This document shows positions 39,081-52,351 of a stretch of DNA of 64,000 nt, piece after piece (the first letter of the stretch is position 1; each line of letters begins with the position of its first letter). Location: assembly GCF_006345805.1 (NCBI RefSeq), contig NC_042998.1, positions 84,692,001 to 84,756,000 on the forward strand, read 5' to 3'. Source of the DNA: Octopus sinensis. Lineage: Eukaryota. The translations under genes and the position numbers were made by a program. The notes under the pieces were generated by a model. It searched no databases. It saw nothing but the letters and a program-made list of their open reading frames with translations, and was not told where the DNA came from.

Positions 39081-40950
39081 TCATCATCATCGTTTTACAT
39101 CCATTTTCCCTGCTGGCATGAGTTGGACAGTTTGACTGGGGACTGGCAAGCCAGTTGGCTGCACCAGGCTCCAATCTGATCTGGCAAGCCAGTTGGCCGC
39201 ACCAGGCTCCAATCTGATCTGGCAATGTTTCTTCAGCTGGATGCCATTCCTAATGCCAACCACTCTGAGAGTGTAGTGGGTGTTTTTTATGTACCACTGG
39301 CATGGGAGCCTGTCAGGCATCGGCAACATTCTGATGGGGCTGTTTACATGCCGCTGACACAGGAGCCAGTTGAGGTGGAGGGGGACGGCTTCAACCACAT
39401 TCGGATAGTGCTTTTTATGTGCCACCAGCATGGGGAGCCAGTCAAGCAGCTCTGGCAGTGACCCACATATGAATGGTGCTGATTGCATGCCACCAGCGCT
39501 GGTATCGGCCACAAGTATAATTTCCATTTGATTTACTTGACTAAATAGGTCTCCTGAAGCACGGCATGTTGCCTGACGATTCAAAGGTACTTTCTAAATG
39601 GGCTGGTTATGTGACACTGGTGTAGGCTACAGCTGTGATCTCACTTTTCTTGCCAGACCTTCTCAGTCATAGCACATTTCCAGAGGTCTCGGTCTTTCAT
39701 CATTGCTTCTGTGAGGCCCAACATTTGAAAGTCATGCTTCACCACCTCATCCCATGTTTTCCTGAGTCTCCCTCTTCCACAGGTTCCTTCCACTGTTAGC
39801 TCTCCTCATCCATACGTAGCACATCACCATAGCTGTGCAGTCATCTCTCTTGCACACCACATCTGATTTCTCTCAGGTTGCTTACACTCTGTTGTGTGTG
39901 CACATTGACATTACACATCCAGCATATCATACTAGCTTCATTTCTTTCGAGTTTACACATGTTTTCAGCAGTCACGGCTCATGTTTCACTGCCGTGTAGC
40001 ATGGCAGTTTGCACACATGCATCGTACAATCTATCTTTCACTCTGAGTGAGAGGCCCTTTGTCACCAGTAGAGGTAGGACCTTTCTGAACTTTACTCAGG
40101 CTATTCTTATTCTAGTGGCAACACTCTCTGAACATTCACCTCACTGCAGACTTGGTCACCTAGGTAGTGGAGACTATCAACTACTTCTAGTTTCTTCCCC
40201 TGGCATGTGATGGAATCTGTTTTCTGAGCATCTGTGGCGTTTATTGCCCCTGTGCAGTTTCCCAGTTAACCTTCCTTTGATGTTGCTGCACCTCTTGTGT
40301 GTCCATAGCTTACACTGGGTACATCTTATGGAGTTTCTGCCTACATCTTTTCTACAGATCGAGCAGGGCCATCTACCTGAAGGGGTTTGTGATGTGTTCG
40401 CCTTCCTACTTATTAGGACTTTGGTTTTTGCAACATCGACTCTTCAATGTTTAGGCTCTTTGATTCTAAACCTTGCTTCCACACCTGAAATTTCTTCTCT
40501 AGTTTTGGTAGTGATTCTGCTATGAGAGCAAAGTCAGCATAGAGGAGCTCCCAGGGGCAGCCTGTCTTGAATTCCTCTGTTATTGCCTGGAGGACTATGA
40601 TGAATAAGAATTGGCTGATGGCTGATCCTTGATGAACCCCTACTTCTACCCAGAATTCTTTGCTATATTCATTGCCGACCCTTACATTACTAACGGTATC
40701 CCTGTACAAGGCCTGTACAGCTCTTATTAACCAATCAGAAATCCCCAGTTTCCACATCACCCACCAGATAAGGGATTAGTGGGGACCCTGTCAAAGGCTT
40801 TCTCCAGGTCAACAAAAGCCAAGTATAAAGGTTTATCTTTGGCTAGGTATTTCTTCTGCAGTTGCTGTACCAGGAATATAGCATCAGTGGTGCTTCTACC
40901 TGGCACAAAACCAAACTGCATCTCATCTAAGCAGACTCTCTCCCTAATTT
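39081..40950 (-). mobile_element. 5'-truncated decayed RTE LINE with 3'UTR and (GAT)n tail
   Basis: YLAFVDLEKAFDRVP...GVHQGSA..QFLFIIV...PWELLYAD; the 3'UTR matches the 54.6-kb copy. Confidence 0.85.
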
Positions 40951-41178
40951 GTTGGGTTTTGTGTAAGCAAAATTCAGTTAATTTAAAAAAAGAAATGTTA
41001 ATTTTAATGTTAATATAAATTTTGTTTTAAAATTTACTGTTCTCTTATCAGTATTTAATTTATGCTTTGATATGTTCTTTAAGGCTTATATGTACATGTT
41101 TCTTGCATTGAATATTTCAGGGTTTTCAGCATCACTGAGGTAGTTCCATTGTCCAAGTGACAATCTAAGAATAAGAGT

Positions 41179-41244
41179 ATGGCTGATAGGCAACCAAAGC
41201 TGTTTGTGCTGAGAGTTGCATTTTTTGCTGCCTTCTTTGTTCAG
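41179..41244 (+). CDS. First coding exon (signal peptide MADRQPKLFVLRVAFFAAFFVQ) of an FN3-repeat secreted/membrane protein; exon probably begins at 41121 with 5'UTR
   Basis: ATG at 41179 has A at -3 and G at +4, with an in-frame upstream TGA at 41158-41160. The 22 codons are hydrophobic and end at a consensus donor CAG|GTAAGT (41245, phase 0). An acceptor tttcag ends at 41120. Phase 0 matches the 56089 exon. Confidence 0.8.
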
Positions 41245-41449
41245 GTAAGTGCTTTGTGTTTCCTTTCTCTTTCCAGATTGATTTAGGTAGATATATTGAA
41301 ATGAAATATATGTAGGCATATATATGTCTATTTATATAGGTTTGATGAGTGGCAATGCATGAAACTCTCAGCTTTTGAGTCACTTTGTAATTTAGGTTGA
41401 TTAAATAAATACACACACACATTACTTGAAGAAAGGATAACTGTCCATA

Positions 41450-42120
41450 GTCTTTACAGATTCCCTACCTTAGAGCAGTGTGATTAATACCATTAATGTT
41501 CCTCTTGAATCTTTGTAAGTCAACACTTGCAGGAAAAATATGAACTGGGAGGGAATTCCCAATGGCCAATGTTCTGGGAAGGGAGGACTAGGTGTGTAAC
41601 AATTATTGTTGGGCCTGGGTGAGGATTGAACACAACAAGGGTGATAAGAAGAGGAAGGATGAGCAGGATGAGAGTGCACGAGTGAAGTGGGATGTGACTA
41701 GCCAGCTCTAAGGAACATTATAGTAATGGTAAAGATGTTAAGAGAGGAGACAGCATGCCTATGAGCTAGAGCCTGGTACTTGTTATTGAATAAATTTATG
41801 CTGTTCAGTTGGGTAGCTACTATCTATATCCAGTCTAGGATGTCTATATGTACAGCAGTAGTATAGTTCCAGATATGAGAGTAATATGCCACTATGGGCT
41901 TCAGTTGAACTTTGTAGAATATCAATAATTGTTGAGGACCGAAGTACCATCTTGTTCTGCAAAGAAAAGCCTCATTGGAGTGCATTCCTAGCTATGTTAA
42001 GGATGTACTTTCATCAGAGGGGATCCTGAATGTTAGTGAGATCCAATAATTGACGCAATTTTGAAAACTCTAGCTAAGTGGTGCTCATGTTTAAGGGTTG
42101 TTTGGAGTGATGTTGCCTTT
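41450..42120 (-). mobile_element. Decayed CR1/L2-like LINE 3' fragment
   Basis: Minus-strand pieces FYKVQLKPIVAYYSHIW and QALAHRHAVSSL resemble CR1-group C-termini. Confidence 0.6.
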
Positions 42121-42134
42121 ATATGTACACACAC

Positions 42135-43012
42135 ACATCTTTTATCATCAGTCTTTTACTGGGTCTCTGCGTTGAAGAATTTCAGTCAAATGAATTGACC
42201 CTAGTACTTTTTTTTAAAGCCTGGTACTTATTCTGTCAGAATCATCTGCTGAACTGCTAGGTTACGGTGATGTAAACATACCAACACCATCGTCAGACAG
42301 TTGTAGGGGACAAACACAGACACAAAGATACACACACACACCTCTTTTTTCTCTCTCTCTCTCTTTCTCTCTACATATATACATACACACACACACACGC
42401 ACATATATATATCAATCATCATTTAATGTCTGTTTTCCATGCTGGCATGGGTTGGACAGTTTGACTTAAAACTGGTAAGGTGGGGGGCTGCACCAGGTTC
42501 CAATCTGATTTTGGCATGGTTTTTACACTGGATGCTTTTCCTAATGCCATCCACTCCAAGAGTGTAGTGGATGCTTTTTATGTGCCACTGGCACAGGTGC
42601 AGGTTATGTAACACTGGCATTGGCCATGACTACAATCTCACTTGGCTTGACAGGCCTTCTCAAGCACGCTGTATTGCCAAAGTTTTCAGTCACTTGTCAC
42701 TGCCTCCATGAGGCCCAACATTCGAAGGATGCCAGTTATGCAACACTGACATTGGCCATGACTATGATTTCACTTGGCTTCACTGGTCTTCTCAAGCACA
42801 ACATATCGCTCAATGTTTGAAGGGTACTTTTTACGTGCTATCAGCATGTGACACTGGCACCAGCCACCAGTTTTTGTCTACCAAATCAACTCACAAGGTT
42901 TTGGCTGGCCTGTGGCTATAGTAGAGGCTATGTTCACTTGTCCAAGATGCTACACAATGGGATTGAAACTGGAACCATGTATTTGGGAAACAAACTTCTT
43001 ACCACACCACAC
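42135..43012 (-). mobile_element. SINE family 1 interrupted by an RTE 3'UTR insertion (~42414-42870)
   Basis: Body at 42135-42400 and head at 42870-43012 flank the RTE-derived segment. Confidence 0.65.
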
Positions 43013-43204
43013 ATAGCACACACACATGTACACACACACATAAAAGTACCAAGTACACTCTGTAAAGTGGTTGGTTCTAGGGAGGGTGACCAGCCATAGA
43101 AGCCATGCAAAACAGGCACTGGAGCATGAAGCAGTCCTTCAACTCATTGGACCCTGAGCTTTAAAAAATAATGATAACGATGAGATACACATACATATAT
43201 GCAT

Positions 43205-43296
43205 ACAAAGAAGTTTATCATCTAAATATGTACAAGCATGACTAGATATGCAACTATATGCATGAGAATACATACATAAAACAAATCATACAAATC

Positions 43297-43345
<49 letters not shown>

Positions 43346-43845
43346 GCATGCATACATACATACAAACAAACAAAAATACCCTGTTGTTGATGTTGAAAAT
43401 CCAATGATTTAGGTTAGAAATCAGCTCTTTCAGTATTAGCAAAAAATCATGAAATAAAACTGAACAATGGCATACATACATAAATACATACATACATATA
43501 TATGTACATACGTACGTACATAGATTCATACATACATAGATGGAAGTTTATCATTTAAATATATATGAGCATGTCTAGATATGCAACTATATGCCTGAGA
43601 ATACATACATAAAATAAAACTTACAAATCTTCACATAAACATATATACATGCATACATACATACATACATGCATACATACATCATACATACATACATACA
43701 TACATACACACACATTCATTCAAGCAAAAATATCCTGTTGTTGATGTTGAAATTCCAATGTAGGGACCTTGGATCTAGGTTAGAAACCAGCTCTTTCTCT
43801 ATTGGCAAGAAATATTGAAATAAAACTGAACAATAACATACATAC
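43205..43845 (+). repeat. Diverged tandem duplication (~340-bp period)
   Basis: gaagtttatcat...gatatgcaactatatg...cctgttgttgatgttgaaa.tccaatg...aaataaaactgaacaat occurs twice. Confidence 0.8.
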
Positions 43846-44329
43846 ACACATATATGCATACATACATACATACATACATACATACATGCACACACACACA
43901 TACACACACACACATATATATGTATACACATACATATGCACATACATCATCATCATCATCGTTTAACGTCCGTTTTCCATGCCAGCATGGGTTGGATGGT
44001 TCAACCGGAGTCTGGGAAGCCAGGAGGTTGCACCAGGCTCCAGTCTGATCTGGCAGTGTTTCTACAGCTGGATGCCCTTCCTAATGCCAACTACTCTGAG
44101 AGTGTAGTGGGTGCTTTTTATGTACCACTGGCACAGGTGCCAGGGGAGGCAGGCAATGGCCACGCTTGATTAGCGCTTTTTACATGCCACTGGCATGGAA
44201 GCCAGTCAAGGCGGCGCTGGCATCAACCATGTGTGTGTGTATATATATATATGTGTCATCAAACAGCTTTACCACCAAAATTTCATGCCCTCTTTCTTTC
44301 AGTTTCAATTTTTGGGGATGCAACCAACA

Positions 44330-44771
44330 ATTTAGGCATAATGAAAGGTAGATTTAGTAAGATTGTGGAAATGAGTAGGTGTGTGTTGTATGCAACAGTT
44401 AAAGTGGAATGGATCCTCAACCAAACTCCTCACAAGCAAAAAGCAGTAATACAAATTCTTTTGGGCAAGCAAAAGTGACAGCAGGTGTTGGGAAGGCATA
44501 CTGCTTGCTGAGAAATGAATAAACTAATTGAGCTGAGAAATGGATAATGTTAAGATGTATAGTAAGATAATTAAGATGCGACAACTCAACAGCAACTTTT
44601 ATCTTTGTATATACACTAGAAATGGGATTAATTTGAAGAACAAAAGACCACTTCTATGAAATCCTTGTGTAAGTTACCTCAATAACAATTGACTTTGATA
44701 CTGTTATTGTGGCTAGCGACTTCAACAGACATGTTGGTCAGCATTGTAAGTGAATTTGATAGATGGAAACT

Positions 44772-44807
<36 letters not shown>

Positions 44808-45540
44808 ATTTATATGTACATAATGTTTATATATGTGTGTGTATGTATGCACTCATGAGTGTGTATGTGTATCTTGTGTTGACATCATGCGCTTATTGAC
44901 AACAAATGTTGTGTCATTTCTTTACAATATTCTGTGAAAAAAGATGTCTGTAGTAGGGGAAAATATTATCATATCTGGAATCTGCTGAGACAACTATAGA
45001 AAAAGTTCTTAGCTAAGAGGAAGCCACTACATCTTGCATGTGTTCACTTGGAGACAGACTTTGACTGGGTTCTATGTGTAATTTGGTGGCCACTGAGGAA
45101 ATGGAGCTGGGTAGATTAATGGCTTTGTAGGGATGCACAAGCCATATAAAAAGATGCTTGGTAGTGAAATATGACCATTATATATATGGAAGATATGTAG
45201 AGGTTGAACATGCTTTATGAGATGCACAACATTAGCTTATGTGAATAAAGGAGCACAAAATTGCTATGGAAAAAAATTGGTTTAAGCAGAATCAACTGCA
45301 TTGTGTAAGAGAGACAACAGCACTGGTATGGACATGCAATGTGCATAAAAGGTGATAGTGTGGTGAAGTGCCAAATTATCCAAGTTATAATATCTGCAGA
45401 AGATAGAAGTAAGGAAGGCTATCAGATTGTTGACATTCACAAAGGTGATGGTATGGGACTATGATAAATGGAGAACACCTGTCCTATCAATGCAAACCTT
45501 GAAAAATGGGTATAAAAGGATGATGTTGATGATGATGATG
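44330..45540 (+). mobile_element. Heavily decayed RTE fragments (endonuclease piece and 3' end)
   Basis: ASDFNRHVG (the GDFNGHVG motif) near 44715, WYGH near 45325 and a (GAT)n tail near 45525. Confidence 0.55.
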
Positions 45541-46939
45541 AATTTATTTATTTAATTATAATCTATATGGAATGTTTTCTTATCTTTCTATCTAGCAACA
45601 CACCCATGTGTACCTTTTAACTGACAAAATATTTGCTAATAACCTAGTTTGCTAATATCCTATATATATATATCCATATCAATTCATTTACACTTTCTTT
45701 CACTGGATTTTTTATATAACAAATATATAATAATATGCAGTTTATTGAAAATGTATTTATAAAATAATGAAACTGTTACTTTTTGTTCACTGCGCTTAAA
45801 AGGTAAAAGATATTATTATACAAATGTACATACACAAGTCCCTGCCATATGTCTATCAAAAGAAAAAAATATCCCTATAAAAATAAACACACTCTTAAAT
45901 GCTGCTTTGTTTATAGTGCTTAATATATCAATTAAATATTCAGACAAATGTGTCTGTTAAACTCCAGTCCTCATGACTTTAATACGAAATAGTTATGCCC
46001 TAGATTTTTGCTAGAATTCAATTAAAGTGTATTTTCAATGGCGTCTTTGTGATGTAAAGGTTTGCAAAGAATTTCTCATGAAAGTCCAGTTTATGATATC
46101 ATTAGTTATTTTCTCATGGTATTTTTTCACTGTACATACTACATTTAGCTTCCTGGTTTAACAGTTTTTGATTTTATATTTTTCATTCGCTTATTATTGA
46201 GGTTGCTAGATTTTGATTGTATATTTTACACTTGATATACTATTTCTTGCTGGATATTAAACAACAATGATGATGATGATTTTATATATATGTGTGTGTG
46301 TGTATACTCTTTCTGTCCTCTTTCTCATACTTCTTCCTCTCTCTCTTCCCTCTTTCCGCCTCTCATTCTCTTTCCCTCTCTTCTCTCTCTTTCTCGCTGT
46401 CTCTTTCTCATTGAATAATCATGTACCTCCCCTATAGCAAGACATCTGCCTCTCTATTTCTCTGTCATTCTCTTACCTTTCATCATCTGACACAAGATCC
46501 TCTCCTTCAATGACCCCGTCTCAAAATTCTTTGTCTTGCAAGTTACTTGGTGACCCTGCCAGTGTTAGTGCCATGTAAAAAGCACCCATTCCACACTGTA
46601 AAGTGGTTGGCATTCGCAAGGTTATCTAGTTGTAAAAATCATGCCAAAACTAACCTTGCCTGTGCTAGTGCCAAATAAAAAGCACTGAGTCCACTCTGCA
46701 GAGTAGTTGGTATTAGGAAGGTCATCCAGTTGTAAAATCCCTGCCAAAACAGACACTGTTGCCTGGGGTAGTCTTCTATCTGGCCAACTCCTGTCAACTG
46801 TCCTACTCATACAAGCATGGAAGATGGACATCTAATGATTATGATAATATATGTGTGTGTGTGTGTGTGTGTCTGTGTATATAGATACATTTACAATAGA
46901 CCTTTAGATGATTGCATATCACAGAAGTATAGGTGTGCT

Positions 46940-48060
46940 TCTCTGCACACATACAACAATATTAACAGTGAAGCCAAACAGCCAATAGCCAAGGTGTAGC
47001 CAGTATAGTAGAAATATTAGCCAAGAGGAATGCCTTCATCACAATCAAAGAGCATAAACTGAACCTTTCCTCTAACCCCGAGTGCTACCTGATTGTCCCA
47101 ACCAAATCTGAGATTGGTCTGGTGAGTAAATATATACTAAAGAAGATCAATGACAACATATGGAGAGCTTCCAACTTCTCCTTATGGCACAGCACCAACA
47201 AGGAGATTTCATGGTTTAATGTCAACTAGGAGAGAAGTAGAGTAAGGTTCACCCAATTTAACTAGTTGACTTTAACCTGTTTATATCAAAAGGGTTACTG
47301 ATCAAGGCTCTTTGCTTTGCTAGGGGTTTCACTGACATTAATGATAGAGACATGCACACCAGGAAAATGGTGCTGTTTAATAAAGGTTCCGTCTGAGTCA
47401 AGCAAGCTGACCTCAAATGGTCCTTCAATGTGGCAATGGGAGCTTACAACAGCACTGACATTTGTGACCTCATTGAGCTATATGTCCTGGACATTTTAGG
47501 GAAGAAGTTCCCTTCAGTCCTCTTTGATCTCTACAAAGATGATACCCTGGCCATCTCTAGAATAACCATTGGGCACACCCTTGTAGTGCTCTAGGTTCCA
47601 TGGGACTCAAAATAACAATTGAAGCTTACTGCAAACCAAACAAGAGGCCATTGTACATCAACACCGCCTCCTGCCACCCATGTATCATGTTTAGGAACTA
47701 AGTGAAGGGTGTCAGCAAGAGGATCTCAAATCTGTCCTTGAATCAAAAACATGTTTGACACCGTGACTACCTATTACAATGAGGCCCTGGATTCCAGTGG
47801 GTTTAAGGACCACATCTCCTATAAACTGGACCCTAGCACTCAGAAAATGAAGCATACCAGAATGTCATTTGGTTTGCCCCATCCTTCTCACTCAATGTTA
47901 AAATGTGTGGGAGGAATATTCCTTAGGTCATTAGACAAGCGCTTTATACAGAGACACAGGTATTGATGTTTGTTGAATAGGCAGAACCTAAGGGTCTCCT
48001 TTAGTTGTGCATCCACTATGAAAAGAATATTGTTAAACGCCTATAAAACAAGAGCAGAGG
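46940..48060 (+). mobile_element. Decayed Penelope-like reverse transcriptase fragment
   Basis: AFITIKEHK...NPECYLIVPTKSEIGLVSK and FNVAMGAYNSTDICDLIELYVL...DLYKDDTLAI (PLE FDVTMGSYDGAE / GLYRDDGL motifs). Confidence 0.8.
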
Positions 48061-48753
48061 CTGGTTGCTCATGCAGAGAATACAGTGGCTGCCCATTGGA
48101 GGAGGCGAATGTGAGGCTAAAGAAGATGAACCAGAATAATAGCAGCAGTGGCTCATCAAATAACATCAGCAACAAGAATGGCAATGGTGGAGGCAGCAAC
48201 AATGCATTAAGTGACAGCAACGCATTAAGTGGCAGAAACATCAGCACTGACATGCATATATATATATGCATGTATATATATAGGCATCATATATCCCATA
48301 TATACAATATAGCAATATTGTTTAAAATATTCGACTATAGCACTCCATGATAAACTTTCCCCTGTATTATCATCATTGGTTTACTAGAGTCTTGCCTCTT
48401 TAATTGACAACTAGCATCTTGATTTAAGATTTCCTTTACCAAATCTCATTATATTGCTTCAAATTTATCTTGATAGTTTTATGACTATACCCACTATGAT
48501 TTCTGCCAACTCCCTCAGCCCCTTTCCTTATAGACACAGTTCCTTGTTCCTTGGCCTTAGATTTTTGATATACAAAGATTTGATAAACAAGACTATAAAT
48601 TAAAACTAACCCCAAAAAACAATGATAAGCTTAGTAGCTTCTAAGCTGAAGTGAAAACAGCATGTTCTTTGTCTATCTCCTTACCTTGGAGATTTTAGGT
48701 AAAATTATATTAATGTGTCCATCTGTTTTAACTTAATTTAAATCTATGTATCT

Positions 48754-48840
48754 ATGCAGCTGATGATTGCACTGCATTTAAATTGATGTAATGGTTGCAT
48801 TGTGAATGAAATGGAGTTGCTTGAAACGATCGTACTGCAT
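48754..48840 (+). ncRNA. Type I hammerhead ribozyme motif (PLE-associated, long loop II)
   Basis: atgcag-CTGATGA-[56 nt]-GAAA-C-gatc-GTA-ctgcat: intact core, 6-bp stem I and palindromic minimal stem III. Activity not demonstrated. Confidence 0.7.
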
Positions 48841-49059
48841 TACCTCTGGATATCCTGTTGCTTATTTTGACCTTAATCACCTTATTTTGAAACTGTATGG
48901 ATAATACCGTACTAAATTCTGGTGCCTCAACTTAAGTGCCTAATTCATCTGAATCTAAATTTTTACTGAGCCTGGTGCGGCCTTTGGCTCACAAGTCCTC
49001 AGTCAAACCGTCCAACCCATGCCAGCATGGAAAACAGACATTAAACAATGATGATGATG

Positions 49060-49090
<31 letters not shown>

Positions 49091-49122
49091 GTCCTTCGAA
49101 TCTAACTAAATTCTATATTTTT

Positions 49123-49211
49123 ATGCAGCTGAAGATTGCTCTACATTTTAAATTGATGTAATGTTTGCATTATTCAATTAAATGAAGCCGCATGAAACGA
49201 TCGTACTGCAT
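49123..49211 (+). ncRNA. Type I hammerhead ribozyme motif, second tandem copy
   Basis: atgcag-CTGAAGA-ttgc[...]gcat-GAAA-C-gatc-GTA-ctgcat; core, stem I and stem III are conserved while loop II has diverged from copy 1. Confidence 0.72.
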
Positions 49212-49399
49212 TACCTCTGGAAATCCTTGTTGCTTATTTTGATTATAATCACCCCATTTTGAATTATATGGATAATACCTTACTAAATTCTGGTGCCTTT
49301 AACTTAAGTACCGTATTCATCTGAATCTAAATTTTACACACACACACACGCACATGTACACGCACACACACACACACGCACACACACACACACACACAA

Positions 49400-50120
49400 A
49401 ATTAAGGGTTAAGCAACAGTTGCTTCACCACAAAATTTAGAAATAGCAGCCAAAAGACTGCTATTTCTTTTTCCTACAAAATGTATCTCCACAGATAACA
49501 ATATTTGTAATTCATATAGGTAAAAAGAAGAAAAATTATGAAATCAAACAGTCTTCGATTAATTATGGACGTGTTTCTTGATTAGAATTATAAAAATTCA
49601 TTGCCTTTGTCAACATATTTCGAGAATTATAAATTTGAAAATGCTAGAACTTACCCTTTACATTTCTGATCAAGTGCCATCAGAACATAATACAAGGCAG
49701 TTAGCATATCCAAACTTATATAGACGAGTGAATTTGTATTTCCCTCCAAGTTTACCATGTGCGTCACAAGATAGTACCGCAGAAAGAGATCTGCAGTTTT
49801 GTTATCAGGGAGTAAAATAATCATTACAGATATAGGGTAAAGAATTATTAATTTAATAAATTTACCAAGTAGTTTTGGTATGGAAAAGTACCATATTCGG
49901 TAAAAATTTATACAAAAAGTTTTTTATATAATTATAACAATAATTAAGGGTTAAGCAACAAGTTGCTTCACCACATACCAAAAATTTAGAAATATCAGCC
50001 AAAAGACCACTATTTCTTTTTCCTACAAAATATGTCTCCACAGATAACAATATTTGTAACTCACATAGGTAAAAAGAAGAAAAATTATGAAATCAAAGTC
50101 TTCGATTAATAGGACGCGTT
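49400..50120 (+). repeat. Diverged ~180-bp direct repeats about 540 bp apart
   Basis: aattaagggttaagcaaca...gtcttcgattaat at 49400-49577 and 49941-50120. Confidence 0.85.
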
Positions 50121-50220
50121 ATATGTACATATATTATTATTAATATTAGGGAAGTTATTTCTGAGTCCACCGGGGAGAGAAGTTCGATTTAGTGGTACTA
50201 AAATGAATTACTCACTGTGT

Positions 50221-50274
<54 letters not shown>

Positions 50275-50807
50275 ATATATTATATATATATATATAGATA
50301 GATAGATAGATTTAAGAGACAGAATCACCCTCAAGCAACTCAATCATCACTGAATGACATTATCCACAATAGGTACATATAGGACTAAATATTAAAATTA
50401 TCATAATTAATACCTACAATTCTTATTCCAAATTATCAAAATTAATACCTTTAATTCTTATTTCAAATCATATACTTTACTATGTGCATTTCATGACCAC
50501 ATATTCCTCGATATTGCTGAAATAGAATGTCTCTAAATACAATACCATATTAAAACGATTATATTGCCAATCTTCAGGTCTAGCATATTTGAACGTATTT
50601 TGCTATTTACATCCTATATAAAGACATGACAAACTAAAATTATATAACTAGAAGTTGTTGGAATAATTTTTACTTTAGTAAATAATGAACAGAAATGTGG
50701 AATAAAAGTAGGAAAAAGAAATGTTAGTAAAAAGAAATGTTAACTTATCTGTATGGTAATTTTCTCTCCATGAATTAAACATTTTTAACTCATAGAGAGA
50801 AAATAGC

Positions 50808-50967
50808 CACAGGAGTGGCTGTGTGGTAAGTAGCTTGCTTACCAACCATGTGGTTCTGGGTTCAGTCCCTCTGCGTGACATCTTTGGCAAGTGTCTTTCT
50901 ACTATAACCTTGGGCCGACCAAAGCCTTGTGAGTGGATTTGGTAGACGGAAACTGAAAGAAGCCTGT

Positions 50968-50990
<23 letters not shown>
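50808..50990 (+). mobile_element. SINE family 1, 5' half
   Basis: Head through aaagaagcctgttgtgtg, ending in a foldback at (TA)n. Confidence 0.85.
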
Positions 50991-51005
<15 letters not shown>

Positions 51006-51044
51006 CACACACATACAACAGGCTTCTTTAGAAGGATGTCAGAG

Positions 51045-51617
51045 CTAGAAAGACAAATAAGTCGTAGAAAAATTTTGTTTGTGATCTTTTAAAATAAAAA
51101 GGGGTTTTGTCTTCATCTGTAAGTCACATTTTTCCATAATTTTCTTAGCCTCAAGATTGGCTTTCCTGATAATCCTATAATTCTTTTGTATTTCTTTTCT
51201 GAGCAATTCTAGGTAATAGTCCTTGGTAAGCCTGTACAGGATTCCTGTTTTATCAGATTGAACTAGTATCCCATCCATGCTATGAATTTCTTTGGTGATA
51301 TTGTGAAGATACCTCATGTGTTTATTCCTTAAGAGTGAATGGTGGAATTTCACATTCCTCATGATAGACCAGAGATCATCTTCAAACTGTTTCAATCTTG
51401 GGTTAGGTGGAGGACTGTTTTTAGATTTAAACAATTTTTTGAATTCAGAAGCTGGATTGTTAGAGGGCTGTTTAATGTCTTTATTGTCAAAGAAAAAAAG
51501 CAAGCCAACTAATATGGTAAATAAAGGAGTTCTCTTACTAATGAGTTGCTTAAGGAAAACCTTCCTTAGGGGAATGGGTAGATCCTTAAGAGATGCATTT
51601 ATATCAAATAACTCCAT
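51045..51617 (-). mobile_element. Penelope-like ORF N-terminal (pre-RT) fragment, 190 aa, copy 1
   Basis: KDLPIP, FKSKNSPPPNPRLKQFEDDL and ILVQSDKTG..Y.L....Y..LL resemble the PLE pre-RT region (xDKT motif); truncated before the RT core. Confidence 0.7.
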
Positions 51618-52280
51618 ATGTGGTAACTATTTTATTAGCAGGTTAAATGGAAACCTGGTTGAAGTGTATATAAATGTATGTGTTTTTTCCAGTGTTTACA
51701 AATAACAGAAAAAATGAATAAACAGTTACCAGGGCAGCAAAAATTCACACAAGTAACAAGGATGTAACAGCCTATTTATAAAGGTAGAAACTCCAGGTTT
51801 CAGTGAAATATTTTGTATAATATAGATAAATAAATAAATGGAGTTAAATGCAGGTGTTATTCAAATTCATTTACTTCTGACCTATGTTTTGAAGACAACA
51901 TTGGTATTATTCCAGAAGGAATTAAATAGTGTAAAACAATGCAATCTTCTCATCAGGGAAATAAACCAAACACAATGGTAAGACATTTTAACAGAATGTG
52001 ATGGCTGCGTATATGATGAAGAGAATGCTATCAAATTTTTTTTTAAACTGTTAGTAGATATAACTTCTTTTGGTCATAGACACTTAATGAGAGACTAGGT
52101 GTCGCTGACTGGCTCCTGTGCCAGTGGCACGTAAAAAGCACCAACTGATTTTGGCCAATGCCAGTACTCCCTGGCTCTTTGTGCTCTTTGTGTCGGTGGC
52201 ACGTAAAAAGCACCCACTACACTTATTACAATGCCTTATAGTGGATTTAGTAAAACAGAAACTGAAAGAAGCCCATTCTA

Positions 52281-52320
<40 letters not shown>

Positions 52321-52351
52321 TACAACAGGCTTCTTTAGAAGGATGTCAGAG

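Noticed and set aside
47970-48350. 126-aa Asn/Ser/Gly-rich ORF as a host gene
   Set aside because: It starts within a PLE relic and continues into decayed trinucleotide-like low-complexity sequence; no splice or domain support.
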